From: Elusimicrobia bacterium CG_4_9_14_3_um_filter_62_55
GTDB lineage: Bacteria; Elusimicrobiota; Elusimicrobia; UBA1565
Length of the DNA stretch: 64,000 bases
Assembly: GCA_002790095.1 (NCBI GenBank)
Contig: PFUL01000189.1
Span: 5,206 to 69,205 of the forward strand
Direction of reading: 5' to 3'
The notes beneath the pieces were generated by a model. That model was not told where the DNA came from. It did no database searches and was given only the letters and a program-made list of their open reading frames with translations. Shown here one piece after another: positions 1 through 9,342 of the stretch; within the stretch, counting starts at the first letter, position 1, and the number at the start of each line of letters is the position of its first letter. The translations under genes and the position numbers were made by a program.

Positions 1-1
1 T

Positions 2-400
<399 letters not shown>

Positions 401-418
401 GCGCCCCTGCCGGGACCG

Positions 419-1915
419 CTAATAGCCGAGTTTCCGAAGAGCGGCCGCGGCGTCCTGCTGGCTCGCGACGAATCGGCGCCAGACGGCCTTGAGCCGCTTC
501 GCCTCTTCCGCCGTCATCGTCGGCTCGAACACCTTGTCCACCGCCTCCGAGGAGGGGGAATAGGATTCCCGAAGTCCGGCGGCCCTGGCCGCCAGTTTCG
601 CGGCCCCGGCGGCCGTGGCCTCCCGCTCCAGTAGGCGCGAGATCGGCTGCCCCAGCAGATCCGCCTGAAAGGCCAGCAGACGTTCGCTGCGGGCGAGTCC
701 GCCGGCGGCGCGCAGACGCTCGATGGAGAGTCCCGCCTGCCGAATCGGGTCCACGATGTCCGCCAGCAGGAACGCGATCGATTCCGCGACCGAGCGAACG
801 ATGTCGTCTCCCCGAGCGGACGCGTCGAGACCGTAAATCACCGTGGGGGTTTTATAGTCCCACCGCGGCGCGCCCAACCCGCCGATCGCCTGAAGGGTCA
901 ACAGACGGCGCGTCGAGCGGCGCATCGCCTCGTCGAGTTCGGAAGCGTCCGAGAGGAACCCGAAATTCTCCTTCAGCCACTCCAACGATGTGCCCGCCGC
1001 ATGCACCGTCCCCTCAAGAAAGTACTCGCGCCCCGAGTCAGGGGTTTCCCACGCCACCGAGGTCAGCAGTCCCGGAAGCCGATGCAGCTCGGTGCCCGTA
1101 TTGAGAAGGAAAAACGCGCCGGTCCCGTAGTTAAGAAAGCCCGTTCCCAAGCGTCCGCCGCCTTGTCCGATTGCAGCGGCCTGTTGGTCGCCGAGCGTGG
1201 CGGAAATGCGGAGCGTCCGGCCCCGCCGAACGAAGGAAACCGGATTCCCGAAGGAGGGGGCAATCTCCGGCAGGATTTCCCTGGGGATTGCGAATAGGGA
1301 GAGAAGCCGTTCGTCCCAATCGCCCGTCTCCAAATTGTAAAGCAGCATCCGCTGCGCCATCGCGGGATCGGCTCGATGTACGGCGCCCTTCGTCCACCGC
1401 CAGAGCAGATAGGACGAAACCGGACCCACCTTCAGGCGACCCGCCTCCAACAAGCGCTTGACCGCCGCCGAATGATCGATCATGTACCGGATTTTCGGAG
1501 CCGAATAAAACGGCGTCAAATAGAGACCCGTCCGGTGATGCACATCCTGCTGCAGCGCCACGTCTCCCTGCAGAGACGAGACGAAGCCGCCCGCGCGCGC
1601 ATCCATCCAGGACGGCGCCCGTCCGGCGGGCTTACCGGTCTCCGCGTCCCACGCCACGACGGTGGAACGCTGACAGGCCAGTCCGACCGCCTCGATCACA
1701 GCGTCTTCATCAAGCGCGTCGAAAACGGCGTCCAACGAGCGCTCCACCGAACATGCCAGCTCGATCGGGTCGTGCTCGACACGGCCCGGCGCGGGGTAGA
1801 AGCTTCGCAGCGGCTCTTGCGCGCGGGCGATCACCGTGCCGTCGGGTCCGAATGCGAGCACTCGGGAGCTCGAACTGCCTTGGTCGATCGAGAGGACGAC
1901 GCTATGGGCACTCAC
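419..1915 (-). CDS. FGGY-family carbohydrate kinase (glycerol kinase-like)
   Basis: Translation has the FGGY N- and C-domain pattern (SIDQGSSSSRVLAF..., GTGAFFLLNTG, HAAGTSLEWL). The six-frame ORF over-extends to 2131; the GTG at 1915 overlaps the upstream gene's TGA (GTGA), giving VSAHSVVLSIDQG. Confidence 0.7.
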   Translation of the reverse strand: MSAHSVVLSIDQGSSSSRVLAFGPDGTVIARAQEPLRSFYPAPGRVEHDPIELACSVERSLDAVFDALDEDAVIEAVGLACQRSTVVAWDAETGKPAGRAPSWMDARAGGFVSSLQGDVALQQDVHHRTGLYLTPFYSAPKIRYMIDHSAAVKRLLEAGRLKVGPVSSYLLWRWTKGAVHRADPAMAQRMLLYNLETGDWDERLLSLFAIPREILPEIAPSFGNPVSFVRRGRTLRISATLGDQQAAAIGQGGGRLGTGFLNYGTGAFFLLNTGTELHRLPGLLTSVAWETPDSGREYFLEGTVHAAGTSLEWLKENFGFLSDASELDEAMRRSTRRLLTLQAIGGLGAPRWDYKTPTVIYGLDASARGDDIVRSVAESIAFLLADIVDPIRQAGLSIERLRAAGGLARSERLLAFQADLLGQPISRLLEREATAAGAAKLAARAAGLRESYSPSSEAVDKVFEPTMTAEEAKRLKAVWRRFVASQQDAAAALRKLGY

Positions 1916-2967
1916 GCCGAGATCCCTAGAAGATGCAGCAGCAAGGTTCCGAAGGCGACGGCGAGAAGAACGGAACGGACCCGCCGATAGAGCGGAAACC
2001 GAAAAATTGTCAACCATACCAGAGCGGCCGCCCCGGCGAAGAATCCGAGCGCGAAGACGACGGCGGAGACGGTCGACGAGACGGCCGAAAACGCGGCAAA
2101 CGCGAACCACGGCAAAAGATGCCGGGTCCAAATCGCGAACCGGCCCCGCGCCTCGGTCAGGAATTGAAGCGCGAATAGACCCGCGTAGACGGCGAAAACC
2201 GCGAAGAGGGAGGGAGTCGCGGCGCCGCCGACCCAGGCGCTCGCGAAAAACAACGGCGGCGACCCTTCGACGAAAATCGAGGGTTTCGCCGGGCTGCCGC
2301 GCAGCAGCTTGCGCAAGCGCTCCTCCTTGCGCACGGAGGGGGCGTAGGAGCGGTCAATGGTCGCCAACACGCGCTCCATGACGCCGCGCTCGAGGGATTT
2401 ATCCCGGCGCCACTTCGCCCGGTCGCTCGTGGGGACGCGAATCGGGGCGTGAAAAACGACACGGATCGGACCCGGCTTCGGGAACGGCTGCCCCCGTTTC
2501 CACACGCGCCGCCCGCCGATGATCGTGGCGGGGATGATGGGCGCACCGGTGATCAAGGCGAGGCGGGCGACTCCCGACTTGAAGGGATTCATGCCGCGCC
2601 GGGTTTTCGTGCGGCCGCCTTCCGGAAAGATGCCGAACAAACTTCCCTCCCGCAGGACCTTCACGGCCGCCTCGAACGACTCCCGGCCCGGCTTCGCCAT
2701 ATCGACGGGGATCACCCCGTAGGCGCGCATCATGGGGCCGAGCAAGGGCACCGATAAAGGGCGCTCCCATGCCATGAAGCGCACCGGGCGCGAGAGCTCG
2801 ACCATTAAGAACGCGGCGTCTAGATAGGTCGGATGGTTGGACGCAATGATCGCCGGTCCCTTTGCGGGGACGTTCTCGAGCCCTTCGACGCGGATGTCGT
2901 GATAGACGGAAAACAGCCATTGGGCGAAGATCCGAAGCGGGCCGTGAAAGAATGGCCTCGGCTCCAC
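1912..2967 (-). CDS. 1-acyl-sn-glycerol-3-phosphate acyltransferase (PlsC-like) with C-terminal polytopic membrane extension
   Basis: HX4D motif SNHPTYLDA and FPEGGRT acyltransferase motifs. About 110 C-terminal residues are hydrophobic (3-4 predicted TM segments). The start is placed at GTG 2967, after the GNAT stop at 3024; the six-frame ORF extending to 3342 is over-extended. Confidence 0.55.
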   Translation of the reverse strand: MEPRPFFHGPLRIFAQWLFSVYHDIRVEGLENVPAKGPAIIASNHPTYLDAAFLMVELSRPVRFMAWERPLSVPLLGPMMRAYGVIPVDMAKPGRESFEAAVKVLREGSLFGIFPEGGRTKTRRGMNPFKSGVARLALITGAPIIPATIIGGRRVWKRGQPFPKPGPIRVVFHAPIRVPTSDRAKWRRDKSLERGVMERVLATIDRSYAPSVRKEERLRKLLRGSPAKPSIFVEGSPPLFFASAWVGGAATPSLFAVFAVYAGLFALQFLTEARGRFAIWTRHLLPWFAFAAFSAVSSTVSAVVFALGFFAGAAALVWLTIFRFPLYRRVRSVLLAVAFGTLLLHLLGISA

Positions 2968-3023
2968 GCGAACGGGTCTTTTCCCCGAGGATCTTGACGA
3001 CGACGCGCTTGCGGCGCCGAGCG

Positions 3024-3650
3024 TCAAACAGCGGCCTCGCCCGATCCCGACGCCGGGCCCGAAGGCACCGCGGCGGAGACCGTTTTCACCATGCGCAAAG
3101 CGTGGTAGTCGCCGCTCGGTTCGCCGTCGGCCAACTCGAATCCCGCCTCCGTGTAGAGGCTTCGGCTGCCGCGATAACTCGCGCCCTCCGCGGAAGGTTC
3201 CAGCGGATACGCCTCCACGCTGGAGGCGCCTCGCTTGCGCGCTTCCTCGACGACCAAATCGACGATCCCGCGCGAATAACCGCGACTGCGATGCTGGAAG
3301 GCGATCGCCAGGCAGCCGATGGCCCAGATAGAATCCTCCCAAGGACCTAGTCTCGATCCGGGACGCTCATGGAGAAGAGGGAAGGCGGTCTTCGGACCGC
3401 AGCCGGTCCACGCGACGATCTCTCCATCGGAAACCCGCTGCACCAAAAACCCCGTCGCCTGGCCGGAGCGGACGCGTCGGCGCGTATGCTCCAGGTTCTC
3501 GTGCGGACGGTTCTGGCAGCGGTCTCCCCAGCTCTCGTCGTGATTCGTCCAGACCGCGCAGTAGCAGCCGCCGAATTCCTTCCCGGACAAAAGCCGTTCG
3601 AACGCCTGAAGGCGCCGGACGTTCAAGGGGATCAACGCGAGCTCTTCCAT
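3024..3650 (-). CDS. GNAT family N-acetyltransferase
   Basis: GCLAIAFQHRSRGYSRGIVDLVVEEARKRGASSVEAYP is an acetyl-CoA binding motif A-like segment. ORF is 208 aa. Confidence 0.7.
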   Translation of the reverse strand: MEELALIPLNVRRLQAFERLLSGKEFGGCYCAVWTNHDESWGDRCQNRPHENLEHTRRRVRSGQATGFLVQRVSDGEIVAWTGCGPKTAFPLLHERPGSRLGPWEDSIWAIGCLAIAFQHRSRGYSRGIVDLVVEEARKRGASSVEAYPLEPSAEGASYRGSRSLYTEAGFELADGEPSGDYHALRMVKTVSAAVPSGPASGSGEAAV

Positions 3651-3653
3651 GGT

Positions 3654-4808
3654 CTATTCCTCTTCGGCGAGTTTTTTTACCCGGAGCGTGGTCTGTTCGC
3701 GGAACTTGCCGAGCCGCTGCAGACGATCCCGCAGGGGAAGCGGGAGATTCGGATCCTTCATCAGTTTCTGAACTTTCGGAGCGAGAGGCCCCACGATGCT
3801 GTCCCAAAATCCGGCGGCGCGGATTTCCTCAAGGACCTTCGGCTTATGCTCCTTCGAGAAGTCCCAATGATCGTCGCGATGGACGGTGACTTCGTATTTT
3901 TTCCCGAAGGCCCGGATATAGTTGAGTTCCTTCAACGCGGCGACGATTTCCTCGCGGACTTCCTCGACCTTCGCCTCGCGTTCCTTTAGGTCTTCCTTCA
4001 TCTTGCCGAACTTATCGACGAGTTTAGAGAGCTTGGCGTCGGATCGGATCGCGGGAACCTCTTCCGGGGATTCCTGCGCGGCGTACAGATGCTTGAAAAC
4101 CGGGCAAAGGGGCTTATAATCGCACCAGTCGCATTTTCGTTCGGAGGGCTTCGGATCGAAGCGTTCGTCCTGAATCTGCTTGGCGGTCGTTACGATCCGT
4201 TCCCGCAGTTCCTTCACCGCATCGCCGCTGCGCCGCCCCGAGGTAAGCGGAGTCTGCGAGGGCAGATGATAAAATGTCAATTTTTCGACCTTCAGTCCGA
4301 GCAGTTCCTCGCAGGCCATCTGATACATCGTCAACTGCGCATCCTGTTCCACGCGGGATTTCGGGATCGCCTTGCCTGTCTTGTAGTCGAGAATCTCCAA
4401 GGCGTCGTCGCCGATCTTATCGATGCGGTCAACGAAGCCCCGAACCGAGACGCCGTCCACTTTCAGCAGAAACTCGTATTCGACGAAGTACGGGAGACGG
4501 AAGGAATCGATGTGCTTCGCGTAATACTCCTCGAGAATACGGCGCCCCTGGGTTTTGTAGTCCTCCTCCTGCTGGGGGCTCTGATAGCCTTCGGAAATCC
4601 AGCGTTTCTCGTAGCGCTCCAATAACTGTTCGAGATTCGGAGGGGGGAGGGTTTGACCGCCGTACAGATATTCCAAGGCGTCATGAACCGTCTTCCCGAA
4701 GGAGAAGAAATGTCTCGGTTTTTCCGGGATCTTGTCGATGTACTTGAACTGCCATTTCTTCGGGCAGTCCAAATACAGATTGATCGAGGAATGAGAGAGC
4801 GGCCGCAT
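3654..4808 (-). CDS. PD-(D/E)XK nuclease family protein (RecB/Cas4-like) with Cys cluster and C-terminal coiled-coil extension
   Basis: N-terminal LYLDCPKKWQFKYID and ILDYKTGK (D-x-K) motifs. A CDWCDYKPLCP cysteine cluster is typical of Fe-S containing Cas4/AddB-type nucleases. An extra charged C-terminal region of about 120 aa follows. Confidence 0.6.
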   Translation of the reverse strand: MRPLSHSSINLYLDCPKKWQFKYIDKIPEKPRHFFSFGKTVHDALEYLYGGQTLPPPNLEQLLERYEKRWISEGYQSPQQEEDYKTQGRRILEEYYAKHIDSFRLPYFVEYEFLLKVDGVSVRGFVDRIDKIGDDALEILDYKTGKAIPKSRVEQDAQLTMYQMACEELLGLKVEKLTFYHLPSQTPLTSGRRSGDAVKELRERIVTTAKQIQDERFDPKPSERKCDWCDYKPLCPVFKHLYAAQESPEEVPAIRSDAKLSKLVDKFGKMKEDLKEREAKVEEVREEIVAALKELNYIRAFGKKYEVTVHRDDHWDFSKEHKPKVLEEIRAAGFWDSIVGPLAPKVQKLMKDPNLPLPLRDRLQRLGKFREQTTLRVKKLAEEE

Positions 4809-4820
4809 CTCCCGATTCTA

Positions 4821-5624
4821 TCACTTCGGGAGCGTGTAGGCGGAAAGCTCGGTGTTTGGATTTTCGACCCCGGGAGCCCCGACCGTCGTTTTGACGCGGC
4901 CGACCCTGGGGCAGTAATAGTCGAACACCCAAGAGCCGTATCCCGCGGTCCGGGATTTCACCTTCAAACAGCCCTCGAAACGCCCGGCTTTCACTTCGAC
5001 CGTCAGAGAATCCTCCACGATTTCATATCGGACGCCCTTTCCGCCTTCGGTCGCTTCCCAAGACCGGCCCTTGCGAAACGGATAGCGAAGAATCGGGGAA
5101 CGCCCGGTTTCCCGTTCTTCCCAAATTCCCCAATCCTCCTTTACGACTTCCCGCCGGTAGTCCCGAAAGCGCTCCTCTCCGGCGAAAAAGGCGCCGGCGA
5201 TGACGCCGCTCAATCCTCCGCTGGATTCGCGGACCGCCAGTTCGAGGCGCATGTTCTCACCGCCCGACGCGGAGTCCACGAAGACCCACTTCGCGCCGGC
5301 CGGAAGGGGGAAGAAATCCGGACATCCCACGAGAGCGTTTCGCGCCTGTTCGGCCCATGGACCTCCGGCGCGGGCGGACCGCTCGTAAAGAGGCACGGCG
5401 TTCCCGCAGTCTTGACGTTCGCGGTCGTAGAGACGCGCCGCCCGAAAGGCCGCTTCACCCTCGCCCGGCGCGTCGGGCCAACGGTCGAGATACTTTTCGT
5501 AGGTTTCGATCGCCGCGGCCGCCTGTCCCTCGAGTTCGAACGTACGACCGCGTTCGAGAGCGGCCCCGGGATCCGAGCAGGCGGCCGCCGCCAGCATCAT
5601 CGCAAAGAGCAGGCGCCTTCTCAC
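4821..5624 (-). CDS. Lipoprotein, TPR-like N-terminal region
   Basis: Signal peptide with lipobox LAAAAC; helical-repeat-like N-terminus. 4-nt overlap (ATGA) with the upstream gene. Confidence 0.5.
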   Translation of the reverse strand: MRRRLLFAMMLAAAACSDPGAALERGRTFELEGQAAAAIETYEKYLDRWPDAPGEGEAAFRAARLYDRERQDCGNAVPLYERSARAGGPWAEQARNALVGCPDFFPLPAGAKWVFVDSASGGENMRLELAVRESSGGLSGVIAGAFFAGEERFRDYRREVVKEDWGIWEERETGRSPILRYPFRKGRSWEATEGGKGVRYEIVEDSLTVEVKAGRFEGCLKVKSRTAGYGSWVFDYYCPRVGRVKTTVGAPGVENPNTELSAYTLPK

Positions 5625-6373
5625 TGAATCAGCACCGTGCCGTCCGGGAGAAACAACGGCACGCCCGAGACGACGATCTTCACCTGGCCCGGCGCCATCT
5701 GCGGAACCTTCTCATACAGATACGGACCCCGGAAGTAGCGAAGGAGCGCCGGCTCGAAGTCCGGGATAAACCGCTCCTCCATCGGACTGGAATAAACCCG
5801 GATCCCCGGCGGCTCGCCTTTCCTCTCTTCGGCTTCCGCGACGCGGGCCGTCAAACCGGAAAACTCCATCATCCCGGCGAGCGCGTCGACCGCTTTGACC
5901 AGTTCCGGTTCTCCTCTTCGGGCGACGACCATAAACGAAGCGCCGAACCCGCGATGCTGAAGAACCGCCAATTGCAGAGAACGGGTCGCCTCGAATTTAA
6001 GTCTCGCGTTCGGAGCGATAAACGACTTGCGCGCGCCCAAGTGCTTCGCGAGTTGAACATCGGCCACGAGCTTGGATAAGCGCTTCGCTCCGTCGACATT
6101 CGGGTATTGGCGGTCGGCGGCGAGTTCGAGAGCTTCGACTTTCTTGCGGTACTGCGAGAACCGAATCCTGAAATCCTCGAGTTGTTTGCGCATTTCGGTG
6201 CGGGACTCGATGACGCGTTCGTTCCGGGCGCGTTGATTGTCCCATGCCGCCCATCCAACGGCGGCGGCGACCGTCAGCGCTCCGATCACGAAGCGGGCCG
6301 AGGCCGGCCATGCCGAGAGTTCGATTCTCAGAGGCTCCAACGGCCCGGGCCATGGCTTCGTCTTTCGCGCCAT
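5621..6373 (-). CDS. Membrane-anchored hypothetical protein
   Basis: One N-terminal TM segment (FVIGALTVAAAVGWAAW) followed by a charged helical region. Translationally coupled to the lipoprotein gene. Confidence 0.45.
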   Translation of the reverse strand: MARKTKPWPGPLEPLRIELSAWPASARFVIGALTVAAAVGWAAWDNQRARNERVIESRTEMRKQLEDFRIRFSQYRKKVEALELAADRQYPNVDGAKRLSKLVADVQLAKHLGARKSFIAPNARLKFEATRSLQLAVLQHRGFGASFMVVARRGEPELVKAVDALAGMMEFSGLTARVAEAEERKGEPPGIRVYSSPMEERFIPDFEPALLRYFRGPYLYEKVPQMAPGQVKIVVSGVPLFLPDGTVLIQ

Positions 6374-6425
6374 GCGAGGATCGTACTAAACATCTTTGTG
6401 CTGGGCGCTCGGTCAGCGCGCGGGG

Positions 6426-7085
6426 TTAAACCGGGACGCGATCCCAACGGGTCGCGCTGACGACGACATGATCGAGAAGCGGAATCCCAAGAAGCCGACC
6501 GGCCGCGCAAAGCCTGCGTGTGACCGCGCGGTCTTCCTCGGAAGGCCGCGGATCCCCCGACGGGTGATTGTGGGCGACGATCACCGCGGCCGCCCGGCGC
6601 TCTACCGCCGGCGCAAAAACCTCGCGCGGATGGACCAAGCTCTCCGTCAGAGTGCCTACCGAAACAATCTCCCGTTCGAGTACGCGGTGCGCCGCGTCCA
6701 AATAGAACGCGGCGAAGCATTCCCGCGCGGCACCCCGAAAATCCGCGAGACGACGCCAGACATCGAGCGGTCCCGAAAGCGGCTCCCCGGACGCTGACGC
6801 TCGCCCCCGCTCCGGTGCACGCCGGGAAAATTCAAACGACGCGGCCAATCCCGCGGCGCGTGCCGGCCCGAGCCCGCGCAGCGCGGCAAGATCGGAGACG
6901 CTCGCTTGCAGGAGCGCGCACCCTGGATAACGCTCGAGCAACCCGTCGGCGAGGCGCTCGACCGGAAGCCCGCGCACGCCCGTTCCGAGCGCGGCGCACA
7001 GCAACTCACGGTCGGTTAATGCCCCGACCCCGTCGCTCCAAATGCGCTCTCGCGGACGCTTACCGAGGAACTCGCCGCTTTCCAT
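6426..7085 (-). CDS. radC: RadC-family JAB-domain protein (DNA repair protein RadC)
   Basis: JAMM motif HNHPSGDPRPSEED and an N-terminal helix-hairpin-helix-like region. The six-frame ORF N-terminus (to 7184) runs through a tandem repeat and is rejected; ATG at 7085 gives MESGEFLGKRPRER. Confidence 0.8.
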   Translation of the reverse strand: MESGEFLGKRPRERIWSDGVGALTDRELLCAALGTGVRGLPVERLADGLLERYPGCALLQASVSDLAALRGLGPARAAGLAASFEFSRRAPERGRASASGEPLSGPLDVWRRLADFRGAARECFAAFYLDAAHRVLEREIVSVGTLTESLVHPREVFAPAVERRAAAVIVAHNHPSGDPRPSEEDRAVTRRLCAAGRLLGIPLLDHVVVSATRWDRVPV

Positions 7086-7770
7086 TGTGCTCCTGGGGGG
7101 GCGGAGCCCCGCCGTGCCGGGCTTCATGGGGGCTATGAGGACGCCCGGCCTGGGGGGGCGGAGCCCCGCCGTGCCGGGCTTCATGGGGGCTATGAGGACG
7201 CCCGGCCTGGGGGGGCGGAGCCCCGCCGTTCTCCGACGGCCCGGAAAGGGATCGGCGCATCTTCAACCGCGCGCGCTTCAAGCGCCGCTTCGCTTCGAGC
7301 ATCTGCTCGCGCGCGCTATCGGCAGCCTTCCGGTCTGAGCGCGCCTCGGCGCCGCGCAGCGCCCTACGCGCCCGAGCGACGGCGTTAAGCTCTCGGCGGA
7401 TCGCCTGCTTCGCGTCGGCGTATCCGGCGGGAACCTCGCCTCGGGCGAGGGCGCTCTTCAAACGCTCCCGTGCCCGGCGCTGCTCTTCTTTTGCCCGGAC
7501 GAGACGGTCTCGCGCGTCGGAAAGAGCCGGCTCCTCGCCGAAGACCTCCGCCTTCTTGAGCGCGCGGCGCACACGACGCACCCGGTTGCGCGCGTCGCGA
7601 ACGGCCTGTTCCAGGCGGATCGCGGGAGAAAGTCGTGTCTCGCGAGAGGCGTCTTCGCCGCGGTTCCCGGTCGTAGCGGTCGAAACCGCGACCTCGGCCG
7701 GAGCGGCCGCATTCGTTCCGGCCGCGAACGCGGTCCCCGCGGCCATCACAAGGATCAAGAACGGCCTCAC
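7060..7770 (-). CDS. Secreted Arg-rich helical periplasmic protein with C-terminal His/Pro-rich tandem repeats (possible Spy/CpxP/ZraP-like stress protein)
   Basis: The GTG at 7770 overlaps the MucB-like gene's TGA (GTGA). Signal peptide VRPFLILVMAAGTAFAAG. Long Arg/Ala/Glu coiled-coil region. The C-terminus has 2.4 copies of the 19-aa unit GGAPPPQAGRPHSPHEARH, encoded by a 57-bp in-frame tandem repeat. Confidence 0.5.
   Translation of the reverse strand: MRPFLILVMAAGTAFAAGTNAAAPAEVAVSTATTGNRGEDASRETRLSPAIRLEQAVRDARNRVRRVRRALKKAEVFGEEPALSDARDRLVRAKEEQRRARERLKSALARGEVPAGYADAKQAIRRELNAVARARRALRGAEARSDRKAADSAREQMLEAKRRLKRARLKMRRSLSGPSENGGAPPPQAGRPHSPHEARHGGAPPPQAGRPHSPHEARHGGAPPPQEHNGKRRVPR
7092..7230. 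repeat. 57-bp tandem direct repeat, 2.4 copies, in-frame within the 7060-7770 CDS
   Basis: The unit cctgggggggcggagccccgccgtgccgggcttcatgggggctatgaggacgcccgg is identical at 7092-7148 and 7149-7205, with a partial copy to about 7230. Confidence 0.85.
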
Positions 7771-8855
7771 GGAAACGCCTCCTCGACGCCGCCGAGGTCG
7801 ATCAAGCCGGCATCCGATTCTTCTGGGTCCGGTCCCGTCTCCGGAACCGATTCGGCGATGCGCCGAAGACTCTCGGCCGGGACGCGGCCGACGATAACAA
7901 ACCGATCCCCGGCGGACCAGGTCAGAGTCTTCCCTCCGGAGCCGAGGGCCAACTCGCCTCGAACGGAACCCACCGCAAAGGGCCGGGGCCCGTCGCCCGG
8001 AAACTTCAAGCGGGTTCCTCTCGGGGCCTGAAACACCGACAGCGCGTCGATGCCGTCGGAATAGCGGTAATGGAGAATCGTGGTTCCGCGATACGCCAAG
8101 AGATTTACGCTTTCGAATAGGAAACCGGACGGCAGCCAGGTCGGTGGGCGAGGGCGCAGCGCGGTCGCCGCTGCGGCTTCCTCCAACCGCATATAGTCCG
8201 GGCGCAGGCGATTTTCGCGAATCTCCACGCCGGAGGGGGGGCGGAACACGAAGGTCCGCTCCGAAAGTTTCGGCGCGAGCTCCAACCGCAGGAAACGGAC
8301 CGAAGACATCCGCTCCCCGGCCGCATCGAACGAGACTTTCAGGAGCACCAGTCCCGATTCCGCTTCCACGCAAAGCCGGCGAATTTTCCGGGACGCCTCG
8401 GACGCCCCGGGACGACTCCAAATTTCGAGAACGCGGCACTCGAGTCCGGCGATCCTCTCGGAACCGGCCTCTCGAACCTCGTAGTTCGAGAGCAGCAAAT
8501 CCATCTCTTCATCGGGATCGAGAAGCTTCAGGTCGGGGTCGGCCGGCTCGCCGCGCCACGCGATCGACCGGGCGCGGTCGTACACCCACTCCGTCTCGCC
8601 GTCGCTGATGATGGTGACCGACGGAAGTCCCAGCCGGTCGAGGATCTCGCGGCGCACGCCGCGTCCCGGATCTTCGGAGACCTCGACGATTTTCGAATGC
8701 GCCTGCCCGCCTGCGGAAACCTCCAGCGTCCCACGGTAGGATTGCGCCGGAGGCAGCATCGTCGCCAGAAGCAGCGACTCGACTCCGGTCGCCGCGCGAG
8801 CGGGGGACGCGAAGGAAAGCGCCAACGCGAGGCGCCAAACCCGCTTAATAAACAC
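7767..8855 (-). CDS. RseB/MucB-like (LolA-fold) sigma-E regulatory protein
   Basis: Signal peptide MFIKRVWRLALALSFASPARA. Size and position immediately after the anti-sigma gene in an ECF sigma operon. The call rests mainly on context and fold-like composition. Confidence 0.5.
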   Translation of the reverse strand: MFIKRVWRLALALSFASPARAATGVESLLLATMLPPAQSYRGTLEVSAGGQAHSKIVEVSEDPGRGVRREILDRLGLPSVTIISDGETEWVYDRARSIAWRGEPADPDLKLLDPDEEMDLLLSNYEVREAGSERIAGLECRVLEIWSRPGASEASRKIRRLCVEAESGLVLLKVSFDAAGERMSSVRFLRLELAPKLSERTFVFRPPSGVEIRENRLRPDYMRLEEAAAATALRPRPPTWLPSGFLFESVNLLAYRGTTILHYRYSDGIDALSVFQAPRGTRLKFPGDGPRPFAVGSVRGELALGSGGKTLTWSAGDRFVIVGRVPAESLRRIAESVPETGPDPEESDAGLIDLGGVEEAFP

Positions 8856-9342
8856 CGGACCCTCTCGGAGCCGCCGCGTCGAATCCGGCGGCGAGCCCGC
8901 GCGGCATTTCGGTGAGGATTCGTTCCTTCGGCGCGAGCGGCAGCGTCAGTTCGTATTGGTTATGCGCCGCGACAAAGAGCTCCTCGGGAATCTCGACTCG
9001 AATGCCGAATAGACCCGAACTCCGGGCCCAAAACAACAGCGCGAGACAGGCGGCGGCCGTCGCCGCGACCGGAGCCGGGCCCCGCAGCGACTCCCGCATC
9101 TGATCTGCCAGCATGCGCAGAACGCTCGGCCGCTCCCGGACGGCGTCCGCCAACGCCGCGAGGAAGGGCTCCCCGGCGGGGGAAACCGTCCACGCTCCGC
9201 GCAGCGCGCGGCGCTCTTCCTCGAACGATTTCAGAGTGAGCAGACACGCGGGGCAGTCCGCCGCGTGACGCCGTGTTTCTTCAGAACTCTCCTCCCCGTC
9301 GAACAGAGCGGAAAGGGCTTCAAACGACGGATGAGCGCTCAT
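8845..9342 (-). CDS. Anti-sigma factor, zf-HC2 type, single TM
   Basis: N-terminal H-x3-C-x2-C motif (RRHAADCPAC). TM segment ATAAACLALLFWA. 4-nt ATGA overlap with the sigma gene stop. Confidence 0.65.
   Translation of the reverse strand: MSAHPSFEALSALFDGEESSEETRRHAADCPACLLTLKSFEEERRALRGAWTVSPAGEPFLAALADAVRERPSVLRMLADQMRESLRGPAPVAATAAACLALLFWARSSGLFGIRVEIPEELFVAAHNQYELTLPLAPKERILTEMPRGLAAGFDAAAPRGSGVY

Noticed and set aside
1912-3342. Six-frame N-terminal over-extensions (1912..3342, 6426..7184, 9339..9995, 22670..23557, 24712..25752, 39009..40562, 41159..42229, 42138..44003, 44647..45591, 61452..62723)
   Set aside because: Each extension overlaps the upstream gene and is low-complexity. 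Internal starts with GTGA/ATGA coupling or SD sequences give canonical N-termini.
7092-7230. CRISPR array considered for the 57-bp and 59-bp repeats (also at 49939-50115)
   Set aside because: Units are directly contiguous with no spacers, only 2.4 and 3 copies, no cas genes; one lies in-frame inside a CDS.
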